DNA of 64,000 bases from the NCBI GenBank assembly GCA_977030845.1, contig OZ365112.1, positions 15,128,001 through 15,192,000 of the forward strand, given 5' to 3'. Positions within the stretch are counted from its first letter, which is position 1. The number at the start of each line of letters is the position of its first letter. The position numbers and the translations under genes were made by a program. The notes beneath the pieces were generated by a model. The model saw nothing but the letters and a program-made list of their open reading frames with translations. It did not search any database and was not told the origin of the DNA. Positions 38,021-52,728 of the stretch are shown here, one piece after another. The stretch comes from Fimbriosthenelais zetlandica (lineage: Eukaryota).

Positions 38021-41000
38021 GATAGGAAGGATAGGTGGCAGCCTCTGTTGGCACTTAATCTTATGGGTCAAAAGAGACCATAAGTCAATTTGTGTCAGGG
38101 TACGATGTACTCTCTCTATGGCAACCAATGGGATATATCTTATTGCAATATTGGGAGTAACTTTTTCCTAAAAGCTTTAAGAAACCAAATGACAAAAGCT
38201 CTGACAGAGATTACAGAAAACAGCAAGCTCTCTTGGGAAATAAAAGAAGGCAACACAGTAAAAGAGCCAAAGAACTATAAAAGCAAGATCGACTAAATCC
38301 CCAAACCTTTAATCCTCCTACCTCCATATTGGAACTACAGTGAAAGAGTAGAGAATAGAGCCCGTAGAGAGGATCTCAGCCACGAATTGAGACTAAGCAA
38401 TAAGATATTTAGCGAGAGAGCTTTTAGAAAAAAGAAATGCGTTTGTGGGCGCCAAAGCTTTTCATCCTCAGCCGCGACACTGTTGTCAAGCTCCAACTTG
38501 ATATCCAGTGAATCATCTCGCAAGATGATTGGATTAACCCGAGATTGACTGCTTCAGGAATTCAACAGAAATAGGGCAATATTATGGTCAAGCAGAAAAC
38601 AGCTAGAGAATGGTAAATGTTCTTTTTTTCCAGTTCCTCTCAAGGAATATCTTTAACCAGTCAGCAATTATAGCTTTTGGGGGATGGGATTTTCAATTCA
38701 TTTGTGAACTTCTCCGGTCAAGTATAAGAAGTACCAGAGAAGTACTAAACAGCTGGCCTACAGGACTGGAAGTTATAACGACTATGTATCCATTTCCCCT
38801 AGTACGCCATCCCCAAAACCACAAGGAAATAAATACCGAACTGTATTGTCAACTGAATTGTCAGAATCAGCTTGAAAACTTACAACATTCATTTCCTATG
38901 TGAAAGATGCAAAGGAGTGAACAATTTTAGTAACATCAAGGGTTTGAAGGATTAATATGACTCTGTGTTCAAGGTTTTGTTTCGATGAAATAAATAAAAT
39001 GGCGGATACTATCTGAGTGTTTACCTCAGAGAGGGGCCATGGAGAGAAGTAAGTAAACAAACTCCAGACAATCCACAAAAAATCTGTGTACTCTATACGT
39101 ACTTCTACACCTAACCTTTTTCTTTTAACAAATGCACATGGGAACGTTTCAGCAAGGGAGGTAGTAGATCCTCGGGCCCTCATCACTATCTCATACATCA
39201 TCAAAAACGGATGATCAGGGTGGTTATAGACAGGCTATGTATATGAACAATCTGGTGTAGGCCTACCATGGCAGGGGGGATGATGAGAAAAACATCCCAA
39301 AACGTGAACAACTGTGTTTAAATCTCCTAGTCCATCTGTTATCGGTACCATGGCGGGCTTCTGGCTAATGGAATGACACTAGTTCTTGCTTATATGCTCC
39401 ACGAGGAGCTTGGAACTCATTGTGAATAGTGTTCCCATAGAATAAAGGCAGCAAAGGCCAACCTATAGGTGAAGTTCCTTTGATCCAAGGTTACTTTGAT
39501 GGTGACGGCCTATAGTTCCCAGTTGTGGGTCATCTGTCAGTGAGCTTTGGCCAGAAGATCACTGTTTATTTATAAACATTCCTCAAAACTCACGCAAACT
39601 TGATGCTTCACTTTCACCACTTGTATTCACATTAAAAGTTGCATTGAAGAAATGAAGATTTGAATCTACTATACAGGACTGAAATAGATCAGTACAGACA
39701 AGGAAAGAGATTGTATGGATTTGGAATGGGATAAATATCTTCCATCCATGATTATCTGGGGATCAGTACCATATGCATGGGATGTGCTGGTCTCAAACCA
39801 GAACAGAATGTTCAATGGAGAAAAGGAATGGTTATGATGCTAATGGTCACTATTTTATACGATCGTCAGATCAGTCTTTTTCTTAAGTGTGGAATAGAAT
39901 GACAGTTAGATGTGATATAATGATGTTACAACCCACGTGTACCAGTTTGTGTCAGAACAGCAGGAGTCAAGAGAGATACAGAGTTACGCCATCTACCCTG
40001 ATAAGACAATAGATAACTGGTTTCAAATCACCCGCCAACACAATTCATGTCTAATCATTTCCTGTCCTTTTTGGCAACGGACATTGAAAATCCAGCCATT
40101 ACATGTCTTATATTACTGTCTACAGTTATTTTTGTTGCGTTAATCCGTGGAGAATCTCTGAGGTAAAAACTGTCAATAATGGGTGAAAAGAGTCCGGTAC
40201 AGGGTCGCCTGGGACCATTTGGCTGTTGATGTATTTCCCCAGCTGTCAATCCTTTGAGACTGAAGCTCAATATAAATAGCTCCCTCGTAAGGGATAATCT
40301 CTGTTAATTGCAGTCTTTCCCAAAATTCCTCAGTTACAGCTATTCTTCTTGGATAACGACAGGAACTATGCAAAAGGAATCCATATCCCTATGAACACAT
40401 TCAGAACTTTTATAGCCTTGAATTGCTGCTGGAGAGTTACATCAATAATATTACCAGTAGGATCCACTTTTTATCTGTAATGTATTGAGAAGTACGAATA
40501 AAAACAGACATCAAGAGGATACATGCGTGAATTATGAGTGAATTGAGAGGTAATGAATTGGCTACTATTGACTTCTAGTACAGGGCGAGATGCCCACAGG
40601 GACCTAACCCGAGATCTCGGCGTCTGTACATCAGGAAACCAAAAATAAATCATTTCTATTAGAGACAGATTGGTCGATTTTTATGCCCAATGTGGCTCTG
40701 AAAGGACTAATTTATCCTAAGTAAAGATAGATCAGGAAGTAACATAGAACTAAAAATGGGTGGGAGCATTCCACAGACAAATCCCCCATCCATTTCCCTC
40801 CAGGCTCCCCATCCCAAAACCATCCTACTCCTCATCTACCCTCCATAACAACTTGCCCACCCTACTCTGCCTACCCTTCTACCCACACACACACATTCAA
40901 ACATAGGTTTCCATCCATCCTCCCTCCAAAGGAGACTGCTCAGTCATCAACCTATTTGCTAAGCAATGGCGCCATCTCGCTGTTACCATCTCTATGATGC

Positions 41001-44000
41001 CAGGTCCCCAGGGAAATCTCCATGTGGAAGACTGGATACTAAATGTGAAAGCAATTTTGGGATCAACATCGCAGACAGAGTATTGGGGTCAGACTGCGAG
41101 CACCCCAGCAGGCTTTCGAAGGGACACTAAAACTAAATATTTTCTGGATCTGATAGTATTTGAATATGAGAAAACTCAAAAGAAGAAGTATGTTTCATAT
41201 CCTCGCCATTGATTGGGCCAATTCGAGCCAAACACAAATACTACCATCATGGGGACCATTGGTACCACCTTGAGAAATGCCATGTCTATAAAGACATCAT
41301 TATTATCCACACAACATGATAGCAAAACCACAAAGGTTATTAATGTCGACCTTATCTATACGGAGGGTGTTGTGGTCGATTGCTCCACAGTTCTATTGTA
41401 AAATATTGGTGGCACGTTTATTGGGCGGGAAGGGCAGCCATGAAGGCAGACATCTGCCTCAGACTACAAGATAACACTTATATAATGGCCCAAAAGGTCA
41501 AGAACATCTCTTAATGGCGTATAACAGAATGTCTACATATTTTGTGGTACATTTGTATATCATATTATTACTCTTATCTGCAATATTCAAGTGGCATGCA
41601 AAATGAACGACTCTTGGCAGTGTTTGAGTAGCTTCCTACCCACTGGGCACCGGAGAGCACTCTTGACATTTGAAAAGCAGATTTCTCTTCATCCCCCTCC
41701 GAACTATTTGCTGAAGCAACCAATCACCAGCGTCGACCTTTGACATGCTTAATTCTCCAGTCACCATGGCAACGTGCTATTATCAGAGTGTGATCAAGCA
41801 GAAGATGCTGATCATCCTCATACTAGGTCATCGGGTACACATACAGGATAATTCAGGCAAAGTGCATCGTCATTCAGAATATTTAACAGTATCTGCTTCC
41901 AAATACAAGTTTATGTCCATTGACCTCGGCATTCAGATTGGTTACTTTAGGCATTATTCAGTATGTGACCACCAGATTCTTATAATACATAGGCCATTTT
42001 GCTGAGCGAGAACAGCATGCTAATTGACAACTCATGAAGGCTTCTGCACAGGTCATGCGCTTTAATTACTGGTCACAGATTGGTCAATATTTGCAAATGT
42101 GCAGAGGGGGAATTGGCAGGGAATGGCACTGGCATCTACCATGACTTGTTAATGGCTGATGGTTGCCCTTTTCATTCCCAATCTCTGCATCAGATGGCTC
42201 CCGGGGAGAGTAATGGCGTGCTAAATTGCAGCTAAGATCATTAATGGAACTACTAGTCCTTATGAAATTAGCAATTGACTGAAACTTGATTAAAGCCTGG
42301 GGTAATATTGTCAGCAGCGCCAAGGAGGTCCAGAGGGATTCCTCACAATATTCGATTCATGTCTTTGTTACTGGGGAGGATACAGGCACATTTGTAACAT
42401 CGGAAAATATCTACAAATGCTTTCCAACAAAAAAAATATGTATTTGTATTATATTTGTTTAGGGCAAACAACCTAACCAGTCCAAGGTTGAGTCAGCAAC
42501 ATTTAGAACAGATGAATGTCACTGGAGCAGTAATGAGGGAATGCCATGGTCAACTCCCTCATTGAGTAATCATTTGGCAGAGTATGTATAGAATGTTAGC
42601 AAATAATAGGCCTACGCTTCATGTGGCTTAAAGTTCATAGATCTACACTAAACAGGACCGATTTTATATAGTTACAGGCTGTATTGACTCTACGTATAAG
42701 AACAGGACACTGAAGTCAATATGGGCGCCGCCAGACGAGATAAAGTAGACAGGGAAATGATGCTTGTTAACTTGTGCAAGGGTAATCATTCAAACCATTA
42801 ACACAAAATGTATAGCCAACCATTACCTATAGTGCGAAGGCCGTCATGTCTAACCCAATGTTTTTGGGGTGGTGGCTGGGTATGCTAACGTCGACCCCTG
42901 TATAATAGGAAGCAACACATTAGTAGGGGAGGTATTTCCTGGATGGTATAGGGGTAGATGGTGGGTGAGAGATTTACCTGGGCAGAATGACACACATTCC
43001 TATTTTCACACATGGGGTCAGACGACAAAACATCATCACCAGCAGCCCTGGCCAAATCACCAAGACAAAAGGTGCTGACAAGCATCCTTCAGGACTGATT
43101 GCTTCCATTTGGGTTAGACATCTGTTTGTTTTGTCACTGAAGACCAGAGGAGATGAGCAGAGGGACAGGGGCAGAGGCAATGTGAAAAGGCATGGAAATG
43201 TGAAAGGTGAACGATACCCTAAAGCTGAACAGAACCACCATACATGCTCAGGTTTATCCATCCTCACAGAACAGATTATATACACTTAGGAAGACTCTTC
43301 TAAGAGAATCAAGACGTAAAAGAAAGTTAAAAACTATAGTTAGGTGAAAGTCAGCTTTTGGAAGTAAAAGAGGAACCACAGCTTTGCGTTTTCTTTCACA
43401 CCTGTGTGTATTTCTTTTATAACCCAGAGACACCCCAGAGTTTCCTCTGGGATCCAGGGTCCATATACAGGGTACCATGTCAACAGAACCCACATCATTT
43501 TCATGCCAAACATTCCATCCTGCCTGAATATTACCATAACTAACCATCATTCTCACGTGTCTCTATGCATGTATACATGCTGGTTGGTGGCTGGCAAGAT
43601 TAGAGGCTTTGCGTGGGGTCCGATCCTCAGACTGGAACACAGCAGGTTCACTCATGTCAGGACCGATTTATTACTGTCTTGTGGCTCAATTACTAACCAG
43701 CAGCACATCCATGTCGAAAACCCTGAGAAATTTTGACACCTTGATAGTTAAAATACAGTATTGTGTTTAGAACCTCCTGGTATTGTATTTTCTTGATGAC
43801 ACAGAACAACAGACGAAGACAAGTTCAGTTTCGGTGATAGATCGCAGATGCATGTTTGTAATGTCTTTGTAATTATTCTAAATTCCGCAGTGAGGAGCCA
43901 CCAGTCAAGGACTTATACTTTTTACGACATTCAACTAGGCCTGTGGGTTGGAGACACCGAAGAATGATGGAGCACTTTCACCCACGGCCCTCCAGCTACC

Positions 44001-47000
44001 TCGTCAGTCCCTCTCTACTATTATTACATACACATACATAGATGATCTATTTATTACTCCTGTCTTACATTTCGCCCTGACCCATTCACCTGATTTTAAC
44101 ACCGCATAAGTAAGTACGAAACTATGCCTGAGGTAAAAACGAAGCACCATGCAGGGGGTGTAAAATACACTCCAAAAGTCAAAACTGGTTGATGTTCAAC
44201 TTCTGTAAACCGAACTGATAGGCCTACTGTAAATTGATAGCTAATCTCCAAGTAAAACAAACAATGGTAGGAGATCTGTAATTAAAAGATGGCCTGGTTC
44301 ACTAAAGAAGTTTTGTTTTCATTTAAGTACATTGACATATGAGTTTACTTGACCCTGGATGTACTTGAAGAGTTAAAGGTCATAGGTGCCTTGTGTATGA
44401 TAGAAGATCAGGCTAAGAGTAAACATACAATTTCTCTAGCCAACAGGATCCATACAACACCAGCGTCGCTTGGCTATTCCATCTGTCTATAATTCCTCTA
44501 TTTTGGAGGGATAGTACGAGGTGTGTAAATGGATAAACAAGGTAAACTATTTTCACACCATGTCAATCATTGTTTAACCTTTGCAACTAAAATGACTCAA
44601 AGTAATGCAGTGATACTTAGTGATATCGAATACCAAAATCTAAAGAAGGCAGTGTTTAGAGTTGATAAGCGAATAAAGAAAAGTAACATATTAAGCGGTC
44701 TTATCTGTCTTCATTGAAATGCATAATAATTCAATCTATAACAAGGAAGTCCCTAAAGGGGGGATAGGGGATTGATTGCTCTCATTCCCTGTCTGTTGTT
44801 GCAGCTTCAGGCCACAGGACGTAACGAAGGTTAGCAATTCGTTGACTAAACGTCACATATAGTTGGGATGGATATTTGTAAAACATTATGTAGGAGGTCC
44901 ACCGTGAGTCTATTCTCGGCTTAAGTGTGCATTGGACTTGAGGGAAAAAGAAAACGTTGGTACAACATATATAAATGGTTCTATGGAAAGAGTATGTTTG
45001 ACTCTGGTAAGTCGAAAAAGATGAGCTCAGAGTCTGGGGAATTGACAGTAAAAACAGAAGACAGAAATATATAGCTTTGAGTCTCTTTCTTTTTTTCTCC
45101 TTTATCCTCAGTAATATAGTAATTTTCTTATAAATAAGTGAAGTAAGGATTGGGCTTATATTCATTCTACACAAGGGAAAGAGTTCTTTGCAAAAAGAGC
45201 TCTGGTTCTGATTCTATAAAGGTCACGTTCAAAGGTATTTTTACATTTCATTCCGTGGTTTCTTGATGTTAGGAGAAGGGAATTCACGAATGTTGTCTGT
45301 AAATAGTCTCCATCAAATCTTGACCTTTGTCATATTTTGCTAAACCTGAAGTGCTGCTCCTTGAGAGGGAACACTATTTTAGTCCCACTCAGAAGACATT
45401 CCACCACCAACTATTATGACCCACATGGAAAGACAAACATGTCACGGACTGAGAGACTGGGAGAGTTTGGACTGTCCGTAGTTCCTTTTTGTACCTCGTA
45501 CATGCACACAACATGTTATGTTACATTTTATGATTGATTCACGTGTGTCAGCACCCAATCGATGATGACGGACGAGTGAAGTATGAATGATATGAAATAT
45601 GAAAGTAGTAAGTGAATGAGTTGCCTGAGGGCAGAGTGAGGCTCGGGCCGAAGATCGATGCTAATTTCAGAGTCATCAAACAGCACTGTGCTTTCTATTA
45701 GAAGGAAATACCAGGAGTGTTCATATATCAATCAGTGGGGAAAATCTGAATTGATAAAAAGAAGCTTTACATTAAAGACATGGTATGCTTTTATATCACA
45801 CAGGGATGATAATGGATCATCAATACGAAATCCCAGCATCACATTGTCCTATGTTAATAAGACTGACTTTAATTTCCGATGGAAGTGCAATATGCTAAGC
45901 TACCTTACTCTTGTATATTCAATTGTATCTATTTCTAATGATTTTGTTTCCAGACAAACGCGTATCATGGATGAATCTATGGACAAATGAATGAGTAGGT
46001 GAGATCCAGCACTGATACATGTCTCTGATATCTATATAGGAAGGATTCAATAAACTGAGACTGGTTCATTCTGCTACCAGAAAAACAACTGAAGTAATTA
46101 ATTGATTAATCAGAACAAGAGTTGGTGCTTCGGAAGCCAGATTCCGGTCGACTAAACAAATGAACAGAGAGACAACCTCCTTTCCTGGTGCGTATTGACA
46201 TGGACTATAAACCTTATAATTTGCAAGCCTGTAACAATCTAAACTGGCTTTTCTCTCACTTGCTAGATCTAGTATCCTTCCAATCAAACTACAAGCATAC
46301 CTATTATGTCTCCAGCAGGCAACAAGCACATCCAATCAGTCCTTAATTAAAGACAGAAGTGTCATTAATGGCTAGAGGCACAACTCGACAAATCTCAGGG
46401 ATTTACCCAGTGCCGGTGAACGCAGTGTGGAAATATTGTTATCACGTATTCTCAAGGGAACGTGTCAAAAATAGCTCATTAATTTGCGTGACTTGTCAAG
46501 TAACTATCTTCCACAAAGAACAATTATTATTATTATAGAATATTATATCCCGAGTGGTCATAATTATGCCATCTATACACTGGAAGGACGACACCCATTT
46601 ATATTTGCAGCAGCTGTACCACCCCATTGTGCACCGTGAGATGTGACCTGCATATTATGACAAACGCTATTTTCCCATCGTTTGACACCTTCCATAACAA
46701 CTAATGATCTTTTGCACCAATCTTCTGAGTAAATATTGAGTCTCTAGCTAGCAGTTATTGACACTGAGAGCGTAAATATTTCTCCATATTTCCTCAAAAG
46801 AGAATATGTGTGGATAAAGAACATAGCTGGACAATGAGAAGCAATTCTGCGAACACGCTAGTGACATCATTTCAATATATGCTTACATTTTTTGTTACTC
46901 AAACGATGGGAAAAATATGAGTATGTCTGAAATGTGGATAAACCCTTATTATTGTTAGAACCTGGATGAATAGCCCACAATGCGGGAGCATGTGGACCGG

Positions 47001-48849
47001 GAAATAAGGAGAGCTCTACACATTGCATGCCTCGACATGGCTCTGATGGATGCCACTATCACAACACTTGAACTAAACCTTTAACAGCTGAAGAGCGGTA
47101 TATCTCCATACACAGCCCATAGCATGGCATGAATTTTTAAATGATTATTACGGCTCTAGTTGTATTTTATTTTCTATATAATTGGAGCTATAGGCTTCTG
47201 GACTAATTATTTCGGTAACGTTCCTGCAACGCGGTAAAAACGCGAGAAACAATTATTTAGAATAGGCAGCCTAATGAGAAGGCCAGGGCTCAGCCACTAG
47301 ACCACACACATCTCATTTCTGTGGCATCTACAGTGGTATCGATCTTCCTTCCTCTGCTGTCAATAGATGGCTTCCTTTTATAAATGATCAAGACATAGAA
47401 ACTCTCCATAGACAATCCTTCACACCACCAGAGGTTAAAAATACAATTATGGAGGCAAATAAGGACATCTTTATGATGGTTAGGAAATTGAAATAGCAGC
47501 TAGCATGCTTGTTTTGGGGTAACAAAAATATCTTTCGGTATAAATAGGCCTAGAAATATGTCCAACTGTTTTCTGAGTTGTAACAATAAGTAAGTATACC
47601 ATCAAAAGTTCAGGAGTAATATAGTTGGAAAGAATCCCCACACCAAAGATTTTATATGCCTACTGGAGTCAAAATCACCCATCAGGATTAGTTAAGGCTC
47701 CAGGAAAATACCGTTGTCTCATCCTAAATAGATAGGTGCTACCAGGAAGCACGTGGATCATCAGCTGCAAACGATTGACCCCGGTAGAGATCAGGAGTTC
47801 ACACTGTGAATATATATCATCTTCATTACAGTAGAAGGCAGAGCATTTGTAAACAGCTATTTTAGGGTGCACGGCAGGAGGTGTCTATTAACCACAGTGT
47901 AGACCATCTTATCCTGGAAACGTGTGAGGAAATCGTGATGTCTCAAAAAGTTACAGCTACCCTATCTTCAGCTCCAGATACCTCTGAAAACATATCCCCA
48001 AAAGACATAAAAGTTTTAAGTTTATAACACGTTAAGAGTAGTACCTACTTATGGGTTTTAGGCTTGACCTTACACTAGACTCTTCAGAGACATAAGTATT
48101 AGGAGTCGAGCTACGGCCTGATGCCAGTTGCCTGGGATTACATCTCCCTAGGCAGCTCCTCTCCTTAAGTTTAATTCGATCAGAGGAAAAAAACCCTCTT
48201 GAAATATTAGCCAGTCAATTGGATGGAAGCGTCCATTTGGTCCCATGAAAGTACCATGAGACGTGGTGCTACTTCTCAAGGATATGATTCGGTTTCGAGA
48301 AAGTAATGCCGTGAAATTGGCAGAGATGGCAGACTCTTAAACTTAAAGTAATCACAGATTGGGTGAGCAATTAACATTGTGATAATATCGTATTGGGAGT
48401 GTTAAATTCATCATGAGATGCAACTACATTTATGAACAATGCATCATTTTCGAATTTGCAACGTCTTCCTCCTTTATCATTACCATGCAGGCCGGAGCAC
48501 AGATTCAACTTCCATTCTTCACATTGAAATGATTCAAGTACCTTTTCTTGCGCATCTATCAAATTGTCTGTAAAGGAAAACTATACCATGTAAATGTACT
48601 CAGGTTCATGAAGTGTCTTATTACATGGCTGAGCTGGATTTTGCGGTAGACAACCTCAATTTGATGACCTCCTACACTGTAACCTGCATGGAACAGAAAT
48701 CATCAGTCAATCTATACTCAGGCCAAGTAGGCGACTGCCAGTTTAAAGATTGAGGCCATGTTTGAGTGGCAAGTAGGCATTTTGTGTATTTAGCCTTTCT
48801 TAGTGAACAAAGGCTAGGGGATGCGGGGGCTGGAGATGTGGACGATCAT

Positions 48850-51800
48850 TTTATTGGAGCTAGGCATGTCTGGGGGTGGTTCTGTTGCCAGACAAATTGT
48901 TAAGAGGCTGTCTGAGACCGAAAGTTCTTTTCGACATGGAAAGGTTCCATTTGTTCGTCAGTCATAGCTGCCACATTCTGATTGGTATCATTCAATGGCG
49001 AGCAATAAAATACCATACAACAAGGCAATTTCTGACATTCAGAATGGGCATATTTCAAGCAATTCTGAAGCATCTGTAGATACTTCTATAAGTGAACGGT
49101 CGTCCAGGAAGCCAAGTCTTAAGCAAGTCTGTGTTTAAGCCAAGGACCAATAGAAGACTGATTTGAGCAGATACATATAACTAGTATTCATCTGGAATTC
49201 TTCATGATGCTCAAAAGTAATCTTCTTTCCTTCAAAGTAACATTTCTCCTACTCTCTGACTATGTCTAGCCTGCAGGAAAGAACATCCCACAAAGGTGTC
49301 TTTGTGCTAATCTAGTTTTCACAGAGAAAAACGTGAGAAAGCATGGAAGGTTTTGAGTCAAAACACCTCAACAACAGACCGAGATTTTTTTGTGTTCTTT
49401 GTGAGGCAGCAGTTCTCTGAAAGTGGAGTCGTGGTTTAATTATACCATTCGTCTCCTATAGGATAACTCTGAAAGTAAGTCAGAACAGGTATAGTATCTA
49501 TCCACGTTCCCCGATCCCGATTATTGTAGCACGTCGTCTGAGGTCACTATTTTATTCCATAGGAATAGTTACTAAAATGTATACAAATACTTTTCCATCA
49601 GATGTCCCTTACTTCGTGCATGCATGATACTTCACGGTACACATTTCTACCAGAAAGGCCTAAAACAGAAAGACATAAGGACCACAGGACAAGACCAATT
49701 CTCTGCTTCCAGAAAGTCGGGAGAGTCACTCCAAACATGCGCATACAGACAGTGAGAAAGATAATGGATACACCCTGAGAATACCTCCCAGGCCAGGGTA
49801 ACAAATACTTAATTAGCCTGTTAAAATATTCCTGCCACAGCTCCCTGGAGTGTGCGGGGCCTGAGGCCATTTTTTTTGGTTCCTACACGGTAAAAACAAG
49901 CTGAATAATCCAGGACCAGCTACGGTTGAATCAGAAAAAGATACTGGTTCTTAATTTTAAATTTTGCATTTCATTAAGGCAAAACTCCATGAACTGTTAC
50001 AATACAATTTGTAAATCCTACATCGTTTGGTCAAATTGTAATGAATGCATTAAAATGGATAATTCTGTTTCTAAGAGTGTAAAGATGCAGGCTCGCGGCT
50101 CTTTAGTCTAGACAAGACTCGTACCCCCTACTTTCTTTTATCAGTAGGAAGATAAGACCTGACAGGAGTTAGAACCCGAGCTCTGTAGCCCTAGATAAGA
50201 GCTTCATAAAAAATCTACACAGCATGCTGAACGCCCGCTAGGTGTCATCAATGAACGATATAGGCTGGACGGAATACAGGCGGCTGATGGCTGTATAACG
50301 AAGCACAACTGTTGATACCACATTTATACCAGCAAACAAGAGGAGAATATCTGAACCAATACAGTGTCAATCTGATACATAAATCATGGTACATAATCTC
50401 TGATTGCCCATTTTTCATTTGAAACCAATACAGATGCTCAACTTGATGCAATTTAATGTGTCAACCTATATCTGTCGACTGAAGTATCATTCCCATTTTA
50501 ATATACTACTCAATGACACACTGCTGAGACAATAGAAGGAGAGATGAGGATGATAAGTCAAGGCGTTAAGATAACATCCCTGCACATGTCGTCCCATATC
50601 AGTGATGCCCATCCCTCATAGTGAAATGAAACGTGTAATAAGATTTTCACGGTAAGCGATGGGTGGCCATACACATCATATATCTCTAGCTTTTTTCACC
50701 CTTCTACAGACACCTTTTCAGCCTTACCATAAGAGCTATGAAACACGAGGTATCAAGCTATTTCCGATATAGTACTGATCTTAGATACTTGATTTCACTA
50801 TAAATTATAGATGTTGGCTGTCTCAGTAGAGATAATTCCCAAATGTGATGATTGTTCATGATGCTGGATTAGTCAAGGGTATAGTTCCGGTCTTTTCCAC
50901 CTTTGTACACTACAAAGCTAGCGAGCAGAGACCTCTGATTGGTCAAAATTGGTCAGCAACACAAACAACGTCATTTCCTGGTGCGATTTTTGGAAACATG
51001 GCGACCACCAAATTATAGTGGCTTTATTGATATCTCTCTTATGATATTGCATTATACCACATGCTACTTAAGGGTAGTTTCAAATCTCTTTGACAAGGCA
51101 ACAAGTCATCACATTTTCATAATAACAACAGACGGACTGAAGAAGGAAATGAAAATGTGATTCCCTTCCAGCTACCACCTTCCAAAGGAAACTTCAGTCC
51201 ATCAATCTAGGAGTGGGTAGAACCCAAAACTCGGGTTTCCACCCCATGAGACCACATGCATGGGGTTCGGGGATCACTACACCTTAGGTCAAAGGTTATT
51301 TAGCATCAGTCTTTGTCAGGGTCACATAACATGACCTCTACCTTTGATTCACCACCAGGTGGGACGGCCATCAGAAAGGTGAAGTGTAAAATGAGACCGC
51401 CAGGTGTCAGTGCCAGGGTAAGTCATGTGATGAGCCGGGTAATTGTGGCAGAATCCGACTAAAGAGAGGGGCAGATCACGGGAGAGAGGGTTAGAAGGCA
51501 ATACTATTGTCCTTACTATAAGACATTCAGTCAAAAAGAGCAAAGATATAAGCTAAACCCAGCAAAGCTCAGTCAAACCAACGAGTTGGTCAAACACAGC
51601 AATGTGTGAGTAAAGAGGATTGCACGGTATATAGAGAAGACATGTCTGCCAGATGTAGGGACGAGGGCCGTACTAAATCACTCCTGACCTCCACCCCCTG
51701 CTCACCTCCACCCCTCCAGACACCCAGCCGCCTCCCTGACCACTCTCACATTAGAACCAATATATATCTCACCTTCACTTCAAGAGTACTTTATTATAAA

Positions 51801-52728
51801 AGGTGGCAAGCGTATGTACATGCCATAATTATTTCCATGTCCATGTCAAAACACACTGGATGTTGGAAACAGAAAGTGTATTGAGCAGAGAAGACCTTGA
51901 AGGCATATAATTATATTGGCTGGTATTAGAGGCAAGAGATTCATTAGGCCTACCTAACAGTAACATTCATCGGGAAAGATAACTAATTCAGAGACAAAAT
52001 TAATATTTAATAATCCCAATTCAAATGTATGCACGCTGGACACATCGACTCTTAGATATAAGCTCTGGTTTAAGAAGGTCAGAACCCTGTTCATTCCACT
52101 GATTCCATAGGAGTCTACTGGGTGGATCTCCACCCACACCCTCGCCTGCAGCCATCCAATTCCCATTTCTCTTGGGTACTTTTCCACTTTCTCTACACAC
52201 TCACTCCTTTATCTCTGTACTATCTTCCTTATCTCCAGTTCCCCAGGCTGACAAGGGGTTTTCCAGATAGGCACGTGACTTCCACGAGAGGTCACCCGAG
52301 AAGTGTCACAAGATGTCCTGCAGACTGGCGCAAAATCAATTTTCTAGAGAATGCGTTGTCCAGGCTCAAAGAGAAGGTTTTTGATTAAACCCCTTACCGA
52401 TTTAGGGTCTCAACTCTCCTCAAAGGAAATGTGAGATGTTCATCAAAAGCATCTGTAAAATATATAACGCATCTCAGAACATACTTCTCAAATTACTGTA
52501 TAATAAGGGTCTGTTAATATTAGGCCAGTTCTTACAGAAATATCAGTTGCTTCAGCCTGTTTCTGTTCTTTAATCTCCCTTTCTTTTCGCTCCATTTCAA
52601 TGCTTTTTCTTTGCAAACTTCAAGTCAGCTTCAGTCCCAAAGAAAACATGGCTTTTATAAACAGAGTGTCCACAATGCCCACTCTTAGCGTGCCTCCCAT
52701 CTCGCCAATGTCAGGGGTCCACTCCCGT
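48850..52728 (-). pseudogene. Chain of canonical-looking exons with disrupted coding frame; possible decayed 5' part or paralog of the ARM-TIR-SAM gene, or a non-coding transcript
   Basis: Exon-like units 52728-52536 (CTCTCCAG|, TCT|GTAAGA), 49659-49613 (TTTCTGTTTTAG|, GAA|GTAAGG) and one starting 49270 (TTCTTTCCTGCAG|) join in frame as MERKEREIKEQKQAEATDIS-AFLVEMCTVKYHACTK-LDIVRE*EKCYFEG. Downstream pieces in shifting frames (YRCFRI, CLKYAHSECQKL, PLNNLSGN) only loosely resemble N-terminal ARM motifs. Confidence 0.3.

Noticed and set aside
38297-38903. Plus-strand frames containing YWNYSE and FICELLRSS, reminiscent of ARM-family motifs (possible inverted 5' exons)
   Set aside because: The matches are only 4-6 residues, with no splice sites or surrounding similarity; the minus strand equally resembles decayed retroelement sequence.
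39589-39680. Candidate phase-1 exon (SCIVDSNLHFFNATFNVNTSGESEASSL) upstream of the ARM exon
   Set aside because: Splice sites are plausible but the peptide has no ARM character; such chance exons are common.
42084-42340. GFNQVSVN...GLVVPL on the minus strand as a second ARM exon
   Set aside because: The motifs are in different frames with the wrong spacing and multiple stops.
46066-46335. ORF with RLANYKVY and LFICL resembling a second TIR
   Set aside because: Spacing between the motifs is about 10 residues too short and the other TIR boxes are absent.
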